Shown: positions 10,003-18,926 of the stretch, in pieces
Layout of the letters: every line of letters starts with the position of its first letter
How positions within the stretch are numbered: position 1 is the stretch's first letter
Source of the DNA: an uncultured Clostridia bacterium
GTDB lineage: Bacteria > Acidobacteriota > Aminicenantia > UBA2199
Assembly (NCBI GenBank): GCA_964583345.1
Contig: CAZOWT010000003.1
Span: forward strand, 1-41,136
Length of the DNA: 41,136 nucleotides
Direction: 5' to 3'
Position numbers and translations under genes: made by a program
Notes under the pieces: model-generated
Told to the model about the DNA's origin: nothing
Database searches by the model: none
What the model saw: only the letters and a program-made list of their open reading frames with translations

Positions 10003-11547
10003 TTATAATTTGATATATTCAAACAACTCATTGGTTTTCAGGGACATCATATCCGACGTCTGGATGTGCAGTTGAAAATACCCCCGGTATTTTTCCGGGA
10101 GGTTGAGGGAGATGGTTATGGATTTTTTGGTTGATTTCAGGGTGTTTTCGGTCCGGTAAACGGTATTGTGGCTGTTATCGATCAGTTCGATTTTCACCCG
10201 CATGACCCCGGCATTCTGGTTTTCCACCTTGCCGATTTTAAATTCCGAAATGGTGAAACTGATTTTGTTTCCCTGCCGTGAAAAATCGGAAATATTGATT
10301 TTCGGTTCCTTGAGGTAATCCATCAGGTTCTGGATTTCACTCTGGAAAAATCTGTTTTTATAATAGATTTTGGTGTCCGGGCGCGTGGTTTCGACCCTGA
10401 TGTTCTTATCTTCCAGTTTTCCGTTAAATTCGAAAATTATATCATAATAAAAATCCTGGTGTTTGCGGATAGCATCGATGCCGTCGGCCAGGCTGGTGGT
10501 ATCCAGCGCCACCCCTCCGGTTTTTTCCGACAAGTCTCTCAGGATGCCTTCGTAATCCGGAGACTGGCCGTCCGGGTTGGAAACATCGGTTCGCATGCTC
10601 CGGAACAGGATGGTGTTGTACCCGATATTGGCTCCCAGCAACAGGTTGAGCAGGATGTCCTGCGGGAAACTGTCCGAAATCAGCATGGATTTCTCCAGGG
10701 TTTGCAGGCCACTGGATATGGATGAGGCGGCGGCTTGGTCATCTGCCGAGGAAGCCGATGACAGGAAATTACGGATGGCATCGGCTGCTTTCTTGAATTG
10801 ATCCTGGGCTGGCATGATTTCCCGCTGCTGAAAGTTAATCAACCATTTTTCCCCGTTCTGCCTGGCCAGCATCAGGGCCACCTGGGAATACTGACGCATA
10901 TCCGGAATCAGGAATTTTGACTTGAAATTGTTCCATTCCCGGTTGTAGTCGCCCAGGAATTGCATGATGATCTGGGTACCCAGGTCAGTGGTCATGCCGG
11001 CGTTTGCAGAACCCGAGGTGATGCTGCCCCCGCGGTTGACCTTGCGGATTTCCCTCAGCAGGTTCTCGCGGGAGGAGATTTTGTTTTTCTTGTACTCCAG
11101 GCTATCTTTTTTGACAATTTCCCGGATATCGTTTTTGATCTTTGCCGGGTCATTAGGATTGGTGATGCTGTATATTTTTAGGGGTGTGATAATGGTCAGG
11201 GTGTCATTGGGCATCAGAATGGAATCGACAAAGGCATCGATGCCGTCGTTTATCTGCTGGCCGGTTTCGGTAAGGTTGAAAGCCAGTACGAAATGCCGCT
11301 GGTCGCCGGACCGGTCAATCTGTTTCCTCTTGCCGAACAGATCCCGGATGTCCCGGCGCTCCTCATTGATATAGAGATGGAAATCATCCTTTTTCAGTCC
11401 GGTCTCCAGTCCGTTTGGCGACATGACCCGGACCGGCAGTTTCAGCAGTATGGCCTCATCGGCCAGCAAGAAAAGATTTGCGAAAAAGAGCAGCAGTGCC
11501 CCAAGGACCATCGATTTTTTCATGCCAATCCTCCTGTCCGGCTCCAA
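10003..11547 (-). CDS. Secreted hypothetical protein; the N-terminal region resembles the Acidobacteria-type VWFA-related domain but lacks a DxSxS MIDAS
   Basis: 514 aa. A signal or anchor MKKSMVLGALLLFFANLFLLA is followed by LKLPVRVMSPNGLETGLKKDDFHLYINEERRDI...HFVLAFNLTE, where VWA proteins would have DxSxS. Assigned from recalled family architecture only. Confidence 0.5.
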   Translation of the reverse strand: MEPDRRIGMKKSMVLGALLLFFANLFLLADEAILLKLPVRVMSPNGLETGLKKDDFHLYINEERRDIRDLFGKRKQIDRSGDQRHFVLAFNLTETGQQINDGIDAFVDSILMPNDTLTIITPLKIYSITNPNDPAKIKNDIREIVKKDSLEYKKNKISSRENLLREIRKVNRGGSITSGSANAGMTTDLGTQIIMQFLGDYNREWNNFKSKFLIPDMRQYSQVALMLARQNGEKWLINFQQREIMPAQDQFKKAADAIRNFLSSASSADDQAAASSISSGLQTLEKSMLISDSFPQDILLNLLLGANIGYNTILFRSMRTDVSNPDGQSPDYEGILRDLSEKTGGVALDTTSLADGIDAIRKHQDFYYDIIFEFNGKLEDKNIRVETTRPDTKIYYKNRFFQSEIQNLMDYLKEPKINISDFSRQGNKISFTISEFKIGKVENQNAGVMRVKIELIDNSHNTVYRTENTLKSTKKSITISLNLPEKYRGYFQLHIQTSDMMSLKTNELFEYIKL

Positions 11548-11703
11548 AATCCAGGATGTCCGAATGATAAGGTAAAAATTATATCAGATTCAATTATAAA
11601 ATTGAAGAAAAAAATAAAAAGGATTTTTTACATTTTAAAATAAATAGTTTTTAATTGACAAAAGTAAGCTCCTGTATTATTTATATGGTAATGGGAGGTT
11701 AAC

Positions 11704-12054
11704 GTGAAGAAAACACTGATCTTATTTATATTTTTTTTGATGCTGGGGGGGAGTGGTCTTATTTACAGCGAATCATCCCAAGACTATGGGCAGCTGATCA
11801 TCGGAAAATGGAAAGTTGAAGACAGCAAAGTGGATTTGATTACCGAATTTACCAATGATTATGAGGTGATTGCCAATGGAGAGGTGGCCGGAACCTACAA
11901 GTTCTTAGAGGACAAACCGGTCATGATGATTAAATATGAAAACGTTACCATAACCTATCACATACAGTTCGATGATGACAACACCTTGGTCCGGACGCCT
12001 GTGAGCAGCAGCGGGAAAAAGGGAAACCCGGAGGTCTTAAAGAGAACCGTTTAA
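11704..12054 (+). CDS. Small secreted protein, function unknown
   Basis: 116 aa with a GTG start preceded by a GGGAGG RBS (11693-11698). Signal peptide KKTLILFIFFLMLGGSGLIYS. Confidence 0.6.
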   Translation: MKKTLILFIFFLMLGGSGLIYSESSQDYGQLIIGKWKVEDSKVDLITEFTNDYEVIANGEVAGTYKFLEDKPVMMIKYENVTITYHIQFDDDNTLVRTPVSSSGKKGNPEVLKRTV

Positions 12055-12269
12055 ATTCTCCCCGGTAAATTGGCAAAAGCCGGTTTTTTTGTCAGGGAGA
12101 GGATGTTACGGAAAGGTTATATTTGTATATATTTTACCCATTTTATTCCGAAAAAATTTATCTAACGGTTTTTCAAATCCATATTCTGAAGTTTTAAGAC
12201 TGTTTACATTTCAATTTGGCTGATAATCCGGATGGGCCCGGACCTCAATTTGCCTGAAAAACCGGTGAT

Positions 12270-12285
12270 TGGTATTGAAATTGCT
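12270..12285 (+). promoter_or_regulatory. Sigma-54 (-24/-12) promoter candidate: TGGTAT-N5-TTGCT
   Basis: TGGTATTGAAATTGCT matches TGGCAC-N5-TTGCW, with GG and GC at the exact consensus spacing. It lies 29 nt upstream of the first pilin ATG (12314), and GGAG at 12303-12306 serves as RBS. Confidence 0.5.
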
Positions 12286-12313
12286 ATGATTTAGAAAGAA
12301 ACGGAGTTTTTCT

Positions 12314-12811
12314 ATGAAAAATAACAGTGGTTATACATTTATTGAAGTGATTATTGCTCTCGGCATACTGGCGTTGATGATTGTGCTGAGCCTGAGCGTG
12401 GGAAGGAGTGTTGCCCAGAAGTCTTCCATCACCAGTGTGGTCAACCAGTTCATGGCGGATTTTAATTATGCCAAGCAGCTGGCTTCTCTGGAAAACCGGT
12501 ACGTGACCGTCATATTCAACGCCGATGGCTGTTCTTACCAGATCAGAACTCAGAATACGGTGGGTGACCTGGGGAACTGGACCGTGGCCAAAACCGTGGA
12601 ACCGCTGGAAGGAAAAGAATGTTTCGATGGCAGTGCCGTTCAAAATTTTGCCGTCAATTCCCTCGGGGAGGTGTTTCATTTTCCCATAGCCAGCTCCATG
12701 CCGGCTCCGGTCACCCTTACCTTCTATGTTAAATATACTCCCCAGGGGGTAATCGATTATCAGAAAAATGTGCAGATCTATCCTTACGGAGGCATTCATG
12801 CTGAAAAATAA
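12314..12811 (+). CDS. Type IV pilus minor pilin / pseudopilin, FimT/GspH-like
   Basis: 165 aa. It has the prepilin motif MKNNSG/YTFIEVIIALGILALMIV (Gly-1, Glu+5), followed by a GspH-like region VVNQFMADFNYAKQLA. Confidence 0.8.
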   Translation: MKNNSGYTFIEVIIALGILALMIVLSLSVGRSVAQKSSITSVVNQFMADFNYAKQLASLENRYVTVIFNADGCSYQIRTQNTVGDLGNWTVAKTVEPLEGKECFDGSAVQNFAVNSLGEVFHFPIASSMPAPVTLTFYVKYTPQGVIDYQKNVQIYPYGGIHAEK

Positions 12812-13205
12812 CCAGGGCTTTACCTTTATCGAGGCACTGGTATCGGTAGCGATTATCGGTTTTGTCATCATTTCGATTTTAAACGGGTTTACCTACCAGC
12901 AGCTGAGCACCAAAAATATTTCCTCCAAGAACCTGGCGATTTCCCTGGCCGAAACCCGGCTGGAGGAATTTCTGAAATTTCCGGGATCTGAACTCACGGA
13001 CGGGACCAGCATTGATTTTATTGTCCAGGGGGTCAATTCCCTGAACTTCTATACCAGTGACCCGAACCAGCCCAAACAATTGAGAAGGACTACCGTTATT
13101 TCCTCGGTGGGCAATCTCAAGTCCATAGCCGTGGTGGTGGAATACGGTAAAACCGGAAATACGTACCCCTTCCGGGTTTCACTGTCCACCCGGAGAGGAG
13201 GTTAA
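12798..13205 (+). CDS. Type IV pilus minor pilin, PilV-like
   Basis: The start is moved to ATG 12798, which has a GGAGG RBS 6 nt upstream. This gives MLKNNQG/FTFIEALVSVAIIGFVII, a prepilin cleavage/methylation motif. The longest ORF starts at 12768. Confidence 0.75.
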   Translation: MLKNNQGFTFIEALVSVAIIGFVIISILNGFTYQQLSTKNISSKNLAISLAETRLEEFLKFPGSELTDGTSIDFIVQGVNSLNFYTSDPNQPKQLRRTTVISSVGNLKSIAVVVEYGKTGNTYPFRVSLSTRRGG

Positions 13206-13217
13206 TCGGGAGCACCC

Positions 13218-14345
13218 ATGAAAAAACAAAATGGATTCTCTATCATCGAGTTGTTGATCGTCGCCACCCTGCTGCTGATCGTGCTGGGGTCGGTTTATTT
13301 CATGATCATTCATTACCGGGAGGTCTCGGAAACCGAACTGTCGCGAATTAAACTTCAGCAGGAATCCCGGTTCATGCTTTCGTCGTTTGCTTCGGAATTG
13401 AAGAGCGCCGGGGCGGTGCTGACCCTGGCCAACACCGGATCGTTTCTCAGCGCCTTGCCCTATTTCAATGGAATATATCCGCTGAACAACACCAATTTTC
13501 CCGACGGCATCATCGTGGCCATCGGAAATCCGGATGTGGTCACCACCCTGACCCAGAGTTATAATCCTTCTTCGGGAAACATCATCCCCGTGGAAAGTAC
13601 AGTGGATATCTATGGAAATCCGCTCTGGGCGGCCGGTGATAAAGGCATCATCATCGGGCCCAGTATTGATCCCGCCGATCCTTCCAAAACCATCGGCTAC
13701 TATGTTTTTGCCGTGGACGATAGCTCACCGCCCACAGCCAACACCATCACCATGAGAACCGAAGCGGTTTATTATTCCAGGTTGCTGTCAACGACCCACT
13801 ACACCGATGTGGAAGACGGTTCGCATACCGACGTGGGGAACAATGTCGCTTATCCGATTAATTCGCCGGTGATTAAACTCTCCGATTTCAGCATTTATCT
13901 GGTCAAAGAGATATTTGATGCCGATTTACACCGGAACATTCGTCAGCTTATCCGGGTTTCGGATGCGAAAAACCAGGCCGATGTACTGGCAGACACCACC
14001 ACGGCTGTGGTGAGCGTAATCTCCGAAAATATCTGGGACATGCAGATTTCCTACGCTGCCTATCCGAGTTTCCCGGTCGCTACCCCGAAAAACCAGTACT
14101 TTGCCGGCGGAAGTTCCTCCACCATATTGACAAATTTACTGCTGGATATCCGCAGCAAATACTTAAAAGAAATTAGCATCGACATCGTGGCTCTGACCGA
14201 TGAGTTCGGGGGGAAGGGCGAGCGGACCCTGTCGGTGCCGGTCATCGGCGACCGCGCCTCCTCCTACAACCTGCCTGAGGGTAAGTTCGGTTATAGAATT
14301 TATAAAATTTCAATAGAGCCGAGAAATTTTAACATCGTGATTTAG
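13218..14345 (+). CDS. Type IV pilus minor pilin, PilW-like
   Basis: 375 aa with the prepilin motif MKKQNG/FSIIELLIVATLLLIVLG. Size and operon position are typical of PilW. Confidence 0.7.
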   Translation: MKKQNGFSIIELLIVATLLLIVLGSVYFMIIHYREVSETELSRIKLQQESRFMLSSFASELKSAGAVLTLANTGSFLSALPYFNGIYPLNNTNFPDGIIVAIGNPDVVTTLTQSYNPSSGNIIPVESTVDIYGNPLWAAGDKGIIIGPSIDPADPSKTIGYYVFAVDDSSPPTANTITMRTEAVYYSRLLSTTHYTDVEDGSHTDVGNNVAYPINSPVIKLSDFSIYLVKEIFDADLHRNIRQLIRVSDAKNQADVLADTTTAVVSVISENIWDMQISYAAYPSFPVATPKNQYFAGGSSSTILTNLLLDIRSKYLKEISIDIVALTDEFGGKGERTLSVPVIGDRASSYNLPEGKFGYRIYKISIEPRNFNIVI

Positions 14346-14354
14346 GAGTGAATA

Positions 14355-14831
14355 ATGAAGAAAAACGGGAGTATCATGATACTGACCATCATAGCGGTGT
14401 TAATCCTGTCGCTGCTGGTGTCCGGTTTGTTGACCGTGGGAACCACCGAGATTCATACCACCCAGAACTATCTGATGAGCAAAACTTCATATTATTTTGC
14501 CGTCCAGGGCATGGAAATGGTCATCGAATCGGTACGCAATACCGAGAGCCCGGCCGATATCGCGGTTCAGGAAACCCAGACCGAGGGCGGTGTGACCCAG
14601 AAGAAGTATATCACCGGCACGGTGCTGGACCTGCAGAGCGGGACACCCCAAAACATCGAAATATTCCAGGGGTTTGCGCCTCCGCCGATTCCCAACATGT
14701 CCCTGGGAACCGAGACCGGCATGGTTCCGGTGGTCTGGAGGATTCCCATCACCGCGGAAATCATCCAGAACCGGAGGAAAGCCTATACTGAGCTGCAGAC
14801 TGGGGTATATACATTGATGAAGGAATATTAG
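14355..14831 (+). CDS. PilX-like pilus assembly protein
   Basis: 158 aa. MKKNGSIMILTIIAVLILSLLVSGLLTVG...YYFAVQGMEMV resembles the PilX N-terminal domain. An AGGAG RBS precedes it, and it sits between the PilW-like and PilY1-like genes. Confidence 0.65.
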   Translation: MKKNGSIMILTIIAVLILSLLVSGLLTVGTTEIHTTQNYLMSKTSYYFAVQGMEMVIESVRNTESPADIAVQETQTEGGVTQKKYITGTVLDLQSGTPQNIEIFQGFAPPPIPNMSLGTETGMVPVVWRIPITAEIIQNRRKAYTELQTGVYTLMKEY

Positions 14832-14853
14832 ATCGGGGAAGGAGAGTGAGAAA

Positions 14854-17800
14854 ATGAAAAAAAAATTAATTTCGAGCGCCGTTATAATTATGTTGTTCCT
14901 GCTGTCATCTCCGGATTTGACACCGGATGACCGGGAAATCTTCAGCGCGTCGGTTCCGCCTTATGTCCTTTTTATACTGGACAATTCCGGTTCGATGGCG
15001 GGAAATGATTTTTTTGTAGCCAATATCGACAGCGACCCGGACAAGGTGGCCGGTTTTCAAACCTACACCACCTCAACCGGCAGGACCTATACCTACACCA
15101 CCACCGAAGAGGTCGGGGAGGATATTTGCGGTTGGGTGTGGAACAGCAGGCGGAGGAGATGGGAATATCAATGTGTTCCTGGTGAGCCCACCGGGGATTA
15201 CTATGCCACCCGGATGGAAGCGTTGAAAAGAGCGACCACTGAGCTGCTGGACCAGACCCGGGACACCATCAAATTGGGAGCCGCTCATTTTTTCTTCAGC
15301 GGATCCAATTCATCAGAAGCCCACGGGGCCCGGATATTCGCTCCGGTGCAGGATTATTCATCCGGTGATGCCACCCGGGATGCGGCATTCAATGCCCTGA
15401 CCGATTATATCAATAATACGTTGTCTGCAGATGCCTACACCCCGCTGTCCGAGAGTATGGATACGGCCTACGGCTATTTTTCCAACCTGATCTCTTCCAG
15501 CGATGGCAACCGCTGGACGGATATACATGGACATACCCGGATACCGGTTGGCAGCACCCCGCCTCCCCAGTATACCTGTCAGCGGACCTTCATCGTGCTG
15601 ATTACCGACGGAGAACCCACGGCCGATGACGCCAACTGGGGGTATCCGAATCCCTATACCGGCCTTGCCATGAACAATTATTCGTCATGCTTGCCCAACG
15701 TGGCCAAGTATCTTTACGAACATCCGGTTTACCCGGCCACCGATGGCATCGTGACCTATACCGTGGGCATGAGAATGAACAGTGCCGGACAAACCCTGCT
15801 GCAGACCACTTCTGACAATGCCCACGGCCACGGTGATCATTTCCCCGGGGATGACTATTACCAGTTGATTACCAACCTGCAGACAGTTTTGTCCGATATC
15901 GACCAGCGAAACTATGCCTTTACCCAGTACACCTCGCCCAAGAAAATCGCCACCGCCGATGACGAATTCAATGTGTCCTACAGCGGTTATTTTTTCAGCA
16001 ACGCGGACACGGTTCCTATCTGGGCCGGGCACTTGAAATGCAATGACATCGTTCCCTACGGGTCCACCTATATCTTCCACGAGTGCTGGGATGCGGCCGA
16101 TGTCATCACCGCCCAGGGGGAAGCCAACCGCAGTATTTCCACCATCAAAACCGCTACCAACAACCATACCTTAAGTAATATCAATTTTGTCAATACCAAC
16201 AGCCTGTCCCTGATGAAGGCCCTCAACGCCGACACCCAGGCCCAGGCGGTTGATATCATCAATTACATCAGGGGTTCAGTCCGGCCGGATGTTCCGTCCG
16301 CGGATCTGTTCCTGCTGGCCGATATATTCCACTCCACCGTCACCTACATGGGACAGCCCCTGCTCTGGAAATCCTTCTACAACCCGCCCGAATGCGACCC
16401 GGTCAATGCCACCACCGACAGCGACTGCTACCAGAAATTCTACGCGGATAACCAGAGCCGGCAGAAGGTCATATTTGTCGGCACCAATGACGGGGTGATT
16501 CATACCGTCAATGCCAGCCGAGATTCGGCCGATGGCGGCAGGGAAATATCCGGATTCATTCCGGATGAAGTCCTGCCCTTGTTGAAGCGGATCGCCGTCA
16601 ACCGGTATTACACCTATACGGCAGACGGCCTGATGACCGTGAATGATATCTATACCGGCACCACCGACCACTGGAGATCGATCCTGGCTTTTGGCCTCCG
16701 GGAAGGGGGAAAAGCCTACTATTGCCGGGATGTGACCAACCCCCTGAGCCAGACCCACAAATGGAAATTCCCGGCCTATGTGGCTTCGGGAACCGTTGGT
16801 TCCATCAGCACCAATGATTACACCTTATCCAGTATCAGCGGAACCTTTGCCGTGGACCAGTATATAGTCAATGAAAAACGCACGGCAACCGCCAGAATTT
16901 TATCACTCCCGGATACCAATAAAATCCGGTTGACTGATCTCAGCGGGACGATTTCAGTGGGCGATAAACTATTGGCGTTGCCCTGGTATTCGAAGTATAT
17001 CGGCAATACCTGGGGAAAACCCATAATCGGCCGAATCAAATATAAGAAAGGAAGCACCGGAAACCTGCAGGACAGGTGGGTGGCCATCCTGACCGGCGGT
17101 TTCGGAGAGGGAAGCAATTATGAGGGCAAGGCCATTTTTATAGTCGATGCCTGGACCGGGAATCTGATCTGGTGGCTGGGTTATGCCTCTTCGGACAGCA
17201 TCGATAATGACAAGTACCTGAAAAATGACAGCAACCTGAACTATGCCATCCCCCAGAGTGTGACGGCGGTTGACAAGGACAACAACACCTACCTGGATTC
17301 CATTTATTTCGGCAACCTGGGCGGGAACCTGTTCAAGCTGGACATATCCGATCCCCTGACCTCGACCTGGATACCTAAAATATTGTTCCGGGAAAACAAC
17401 ACCGACCAGCCGATTTACATGTCACCGTCAGTCTCCTATGACCAGTGTTACCAGCTCTGGGTTCACTTCGGCACCGGAAACCGAAACCATCCCCAGGACG
17501 GGCCGGCCGGCCGTTTCATCGGTATCCGGGATGACAGCACCGTTCCGTCGACCGGATGTGTCAGGGGCACGAATTTGCAGCAGTTGTCCTGGACCATGAA
17601 TACCATGGGCGATACCACCATTACCGGCGCCAACGGCTGGTATTTTAATTTCCCCGATGCCGACGAGATTCTTTTTGATCCCGATCCCATCGTCATTCCC
17701 AACAACACCTTGCCCTACCTTTATTTCAATACCTATCAACCGCAATCGGTGGTGGTGGGCGGCGATCCCTGCGGCAGCGGCGGCAACATGACATTTTATA

Positions 17801-18003
17801 AAATCGCCCTGCACTCCTGCGGGGATACGGTTTCCGGAACCCGGGAATCGGCCAGAATATCCGGGGGCGGATTGATTACCGGCAGCAAGTACCTGATGTA
17901 TGTCGGAACCGGTGAAACCGGTTCTCTGGAAATCAAGCGGTTTGAAACCTATACCATCCCCTATCCGGGTGGAATTATTTACTGGAAGGAGACCAAGCGA
18001 TAA
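14854..18003 (+). CDS. pilY1: PilY1/PilC-like type IV pilus tip adhesin with an N-terminal vWA domain
   Basis: 1049 aa with a signal peptide. vWA MIDAS VLFILDNSGSMAG and FIVLITDGEPT are present. The C-terminal half has beta-propeller-type segments (VIFVGTNDGVIHTV, GGNLFKLD) like the PilY1/PilC C-terminal domain. Confidence 0.85.
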   Translation: MKKKLISSAVIIMLFLLSSPDLTPDDREIFSASVPPYVLFILDNSGSMAGNDFFVANIDSDPDKVAGFQTYTTSTGRTYTYTTTEEVGEDICGWVWNSRRRRWEYQCVPGEPTGDYYATRMEALKRATTELLDQTRDTIKLGAAHFFFSGSNSSEAHGARIFAPVQDYSSGDATRDAAFNALTDYINNTLSADAYTPLSESMDTAYGYFSNLISSSDGNRWTDIHGHTRIPVGSTPPPQYTCQRTFIVLITDGEPTADDANWGYPNPYTGLAMNNYSSCLPNVAKYLYEHPVYPATDGIVTYTVGMRMNSAGQTLLQTTSDNAHGHGDHFPGDDYYQLITNLQTVLSDIDQRNYAFTQYTSPKKIATADDEFNVSYSGYFFSNADTVPIWAGHLKCNDIVPYGSTYIFHECWDAADVITAQGEANRSISTIKTATNNHTLSNINFVNTNSLSLMKALNADTQAQAVDIINYIRGSVRPDVPSADLFLLADIFHSTVTYMGQPLLWKSFYNPPECDPVNATTDSDCYQKFYADNQSRQKVIFVGTNDGVIHTVNASRDSADGGREISGFIPDEVLPLLKRIAVNRYYTYTADGLMTVNDIYTGTTDHWRSILAFGLREGGKAYYCRDVTNPLSQTHKWKFPAYVASGTVGSISTNDYTLSSISGTFAVDQYIVNEKRTATARILSLPDTNKIRLTDLSGTISVGDKLLALPWYSKYIGNTWGKPIIGRIKYKKGSTGNLQDRWVAILTGGFGEGSNYEGKAIFIVDAWTGNLIWWLGYASSDSIDNDKYLKNDSNLNYAIPQSVTAVDKDNNTYLDSIYFGNLGGNLFKLDISDPLTSTWIPKILFRENNTDQPIYMSPSVSYDQCYQLWVHFGTGNRNHPQDGPAGRFIGIRDDSTVPSTGCVRGTNLQQLSWTMNTMGDTTITGANGWYFNFPDADEILFDPDPIVIPNNTLPYLYFNTYQPQSVVVGGDPCGSGGNMTFYKIALHSCGDTVSGTRESARISGGGLITGSKYLMYVGTGETGSLEIKRFETYTIPYPGGIIYWKETKR

Positions 18004-18764
18004 TGATGAGAAGCCTGGTCATTCCGGTTATCATTCTCTCGATGGTCTGGGGCGCGGTTTCCTGCGGGAAGGATAATTCGGCCGATGCGGTGGTGAAAAA
18101 AGCTCCGGGAGCCATTGCCAGTATCCGCCAGGCCGACCGGAACCAACCGTCCCGCCAACCGGAGAAACCGCCGGCAGCAAAAATGAATCTGCGGTTTGAC
18201 AGCATCGAAATCACTCCCCCGAATCCGACCACAACCTCTGACCTCACCGCTCGGACAAATATTTCCCCGGTCGGGGAAAATAATCTCGAATTCCAGTATG
18301 CTTTCTGGGTCAACGCGGAGAAGATCAAGGATGGCCCCGAAAACCGGTTGGGCGCCGACCAATTCAAGAAAGGCGACTACGTTTATGTCGATGTGATTGC
18401 CCAGAAGAAAGGAAAGGAAATTTTTCGGAGGCGTTCGGAAATGACCCGAATATTAAATACCTCACCGGAAATCAAAGGCATTGAGTTTCCCGACATCCGG
18501 GGCCCGGGAGTTTACCAAATCAGAGTCAATGCCCGGGATGCGGACAATGATCAACTGGCGTATTCTTTAGAAGGGGATAAAATCCCCGAAGGGATTAGCA
18601 TCGATCCGGACACCGGAATCATAACCTGTGAATTCAACGAAAATCCTCCGGAAAAGGTAAAGTTTTTTGTGGTGGTATCGGATAATGACCAGGGGCAAAT
18701 CAAGCAGGAAGTCAGCCTCTCTTTTCATAACCCGAAAAAAAAGGAGCATTCTGAGAATTTATAA
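18003..18764 (+). CDS. Lipoprotein with a cadherin-like/Ig-like domain, translationally coupled to pilY1
   Basis: 253 aa. The lipobox is in MMRSLVIPVIILSMVWGAVSCGKD. The C-terminal RVNARDADNDQLAYSLEGDKIPEGISIDPDTGIITC is typical of dystroglycan/cadherin-like Ig domains. The ATG overlaps the pilY1 TAA (TAATG at 18001-18005). Confidence 0.6.
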   Translation: MMRSLVIPVIILSMVWGAVSCGKDNSADAVVKKAPGAIASIRQADRNQPSRQPEKPPAAKMNLRFDSIEITPPNPTTTSDLTARTNISPVGENNLEFQYAFWVNAEKIKDGPENRLGADQFKKGDYVYVDVIAQKKGKEIFRRRSEMTRILNTSPEIKGIEFPDIRGPGVYQIRVNARDADNDQLAYSLEGDKIPEGISIDPDTGIITCEFNENPPEKVKFFVVVSDNDQGQIKQEVSLSFHNPKKKEHSENL

Positions 18765-18884
18765 ATGATTTTTTAAACGGATTTTGACGATGTGTTGACA
18801 TCCGTCTCGAAGATATGCCTCCATTTCCTGATCCGTAATAGCTTTGGATCCGGTCTTCTCCGGAATCAATTTTATTTCATCCCT

Positions 18885-18913
18885 TTGAAATTTAACGGTT
18901 AACGGGTTATAAT
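18885..18913 (+). promoter_or_regulatory. Sigma-70-type promoter TTGAAA-N17-TATAAT upstream of ftsY
   Basis: ttgaaa at 18885-18890, an exact 17-nt spacer, and tataat at 18908-18913. The ftsY ATG at 18927 is only 13 nt after the -10, and no SD is visible. Confidence 0.5.
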
Positions 18914-18926
18914 ATCCGGGATCGAC

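Noticed and set aside
12055-12110. Rho-independent terminator candidates after the 116-aa gene (ccgg...ccgg followed by T7), in 23502..23597 and in 27660..27759
   Set aside because: Only 4-5 bp stems could be found by eye, or T-runs without a convincing GC-rich hairpin. This is not enough to call terminators without folding software.
12768-12797. Upstream extension of the PilV-like ORF (MCRSILTEAF...), and likewise 20882..20923 for riboflavin synthase
   Set aside because: The internal ATGs at 12798 and 20924 give canonical N-termini (MLKNNQGFTFIE and MFTGII). The first has a GGAGG RBS, and the second starts 1 nt after the ribD stop. The extensions overlap the preceding genes.
14348-14791. 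147-aa ORF overlapping the PilX-like gene in another frame
   Set aside because: It is rich in His/Arg/Gly/Pro with no hydrophobic N-terminus. The 14355..14831 frame has an AGGAG RBS and a PilX-type N-terminal helix.
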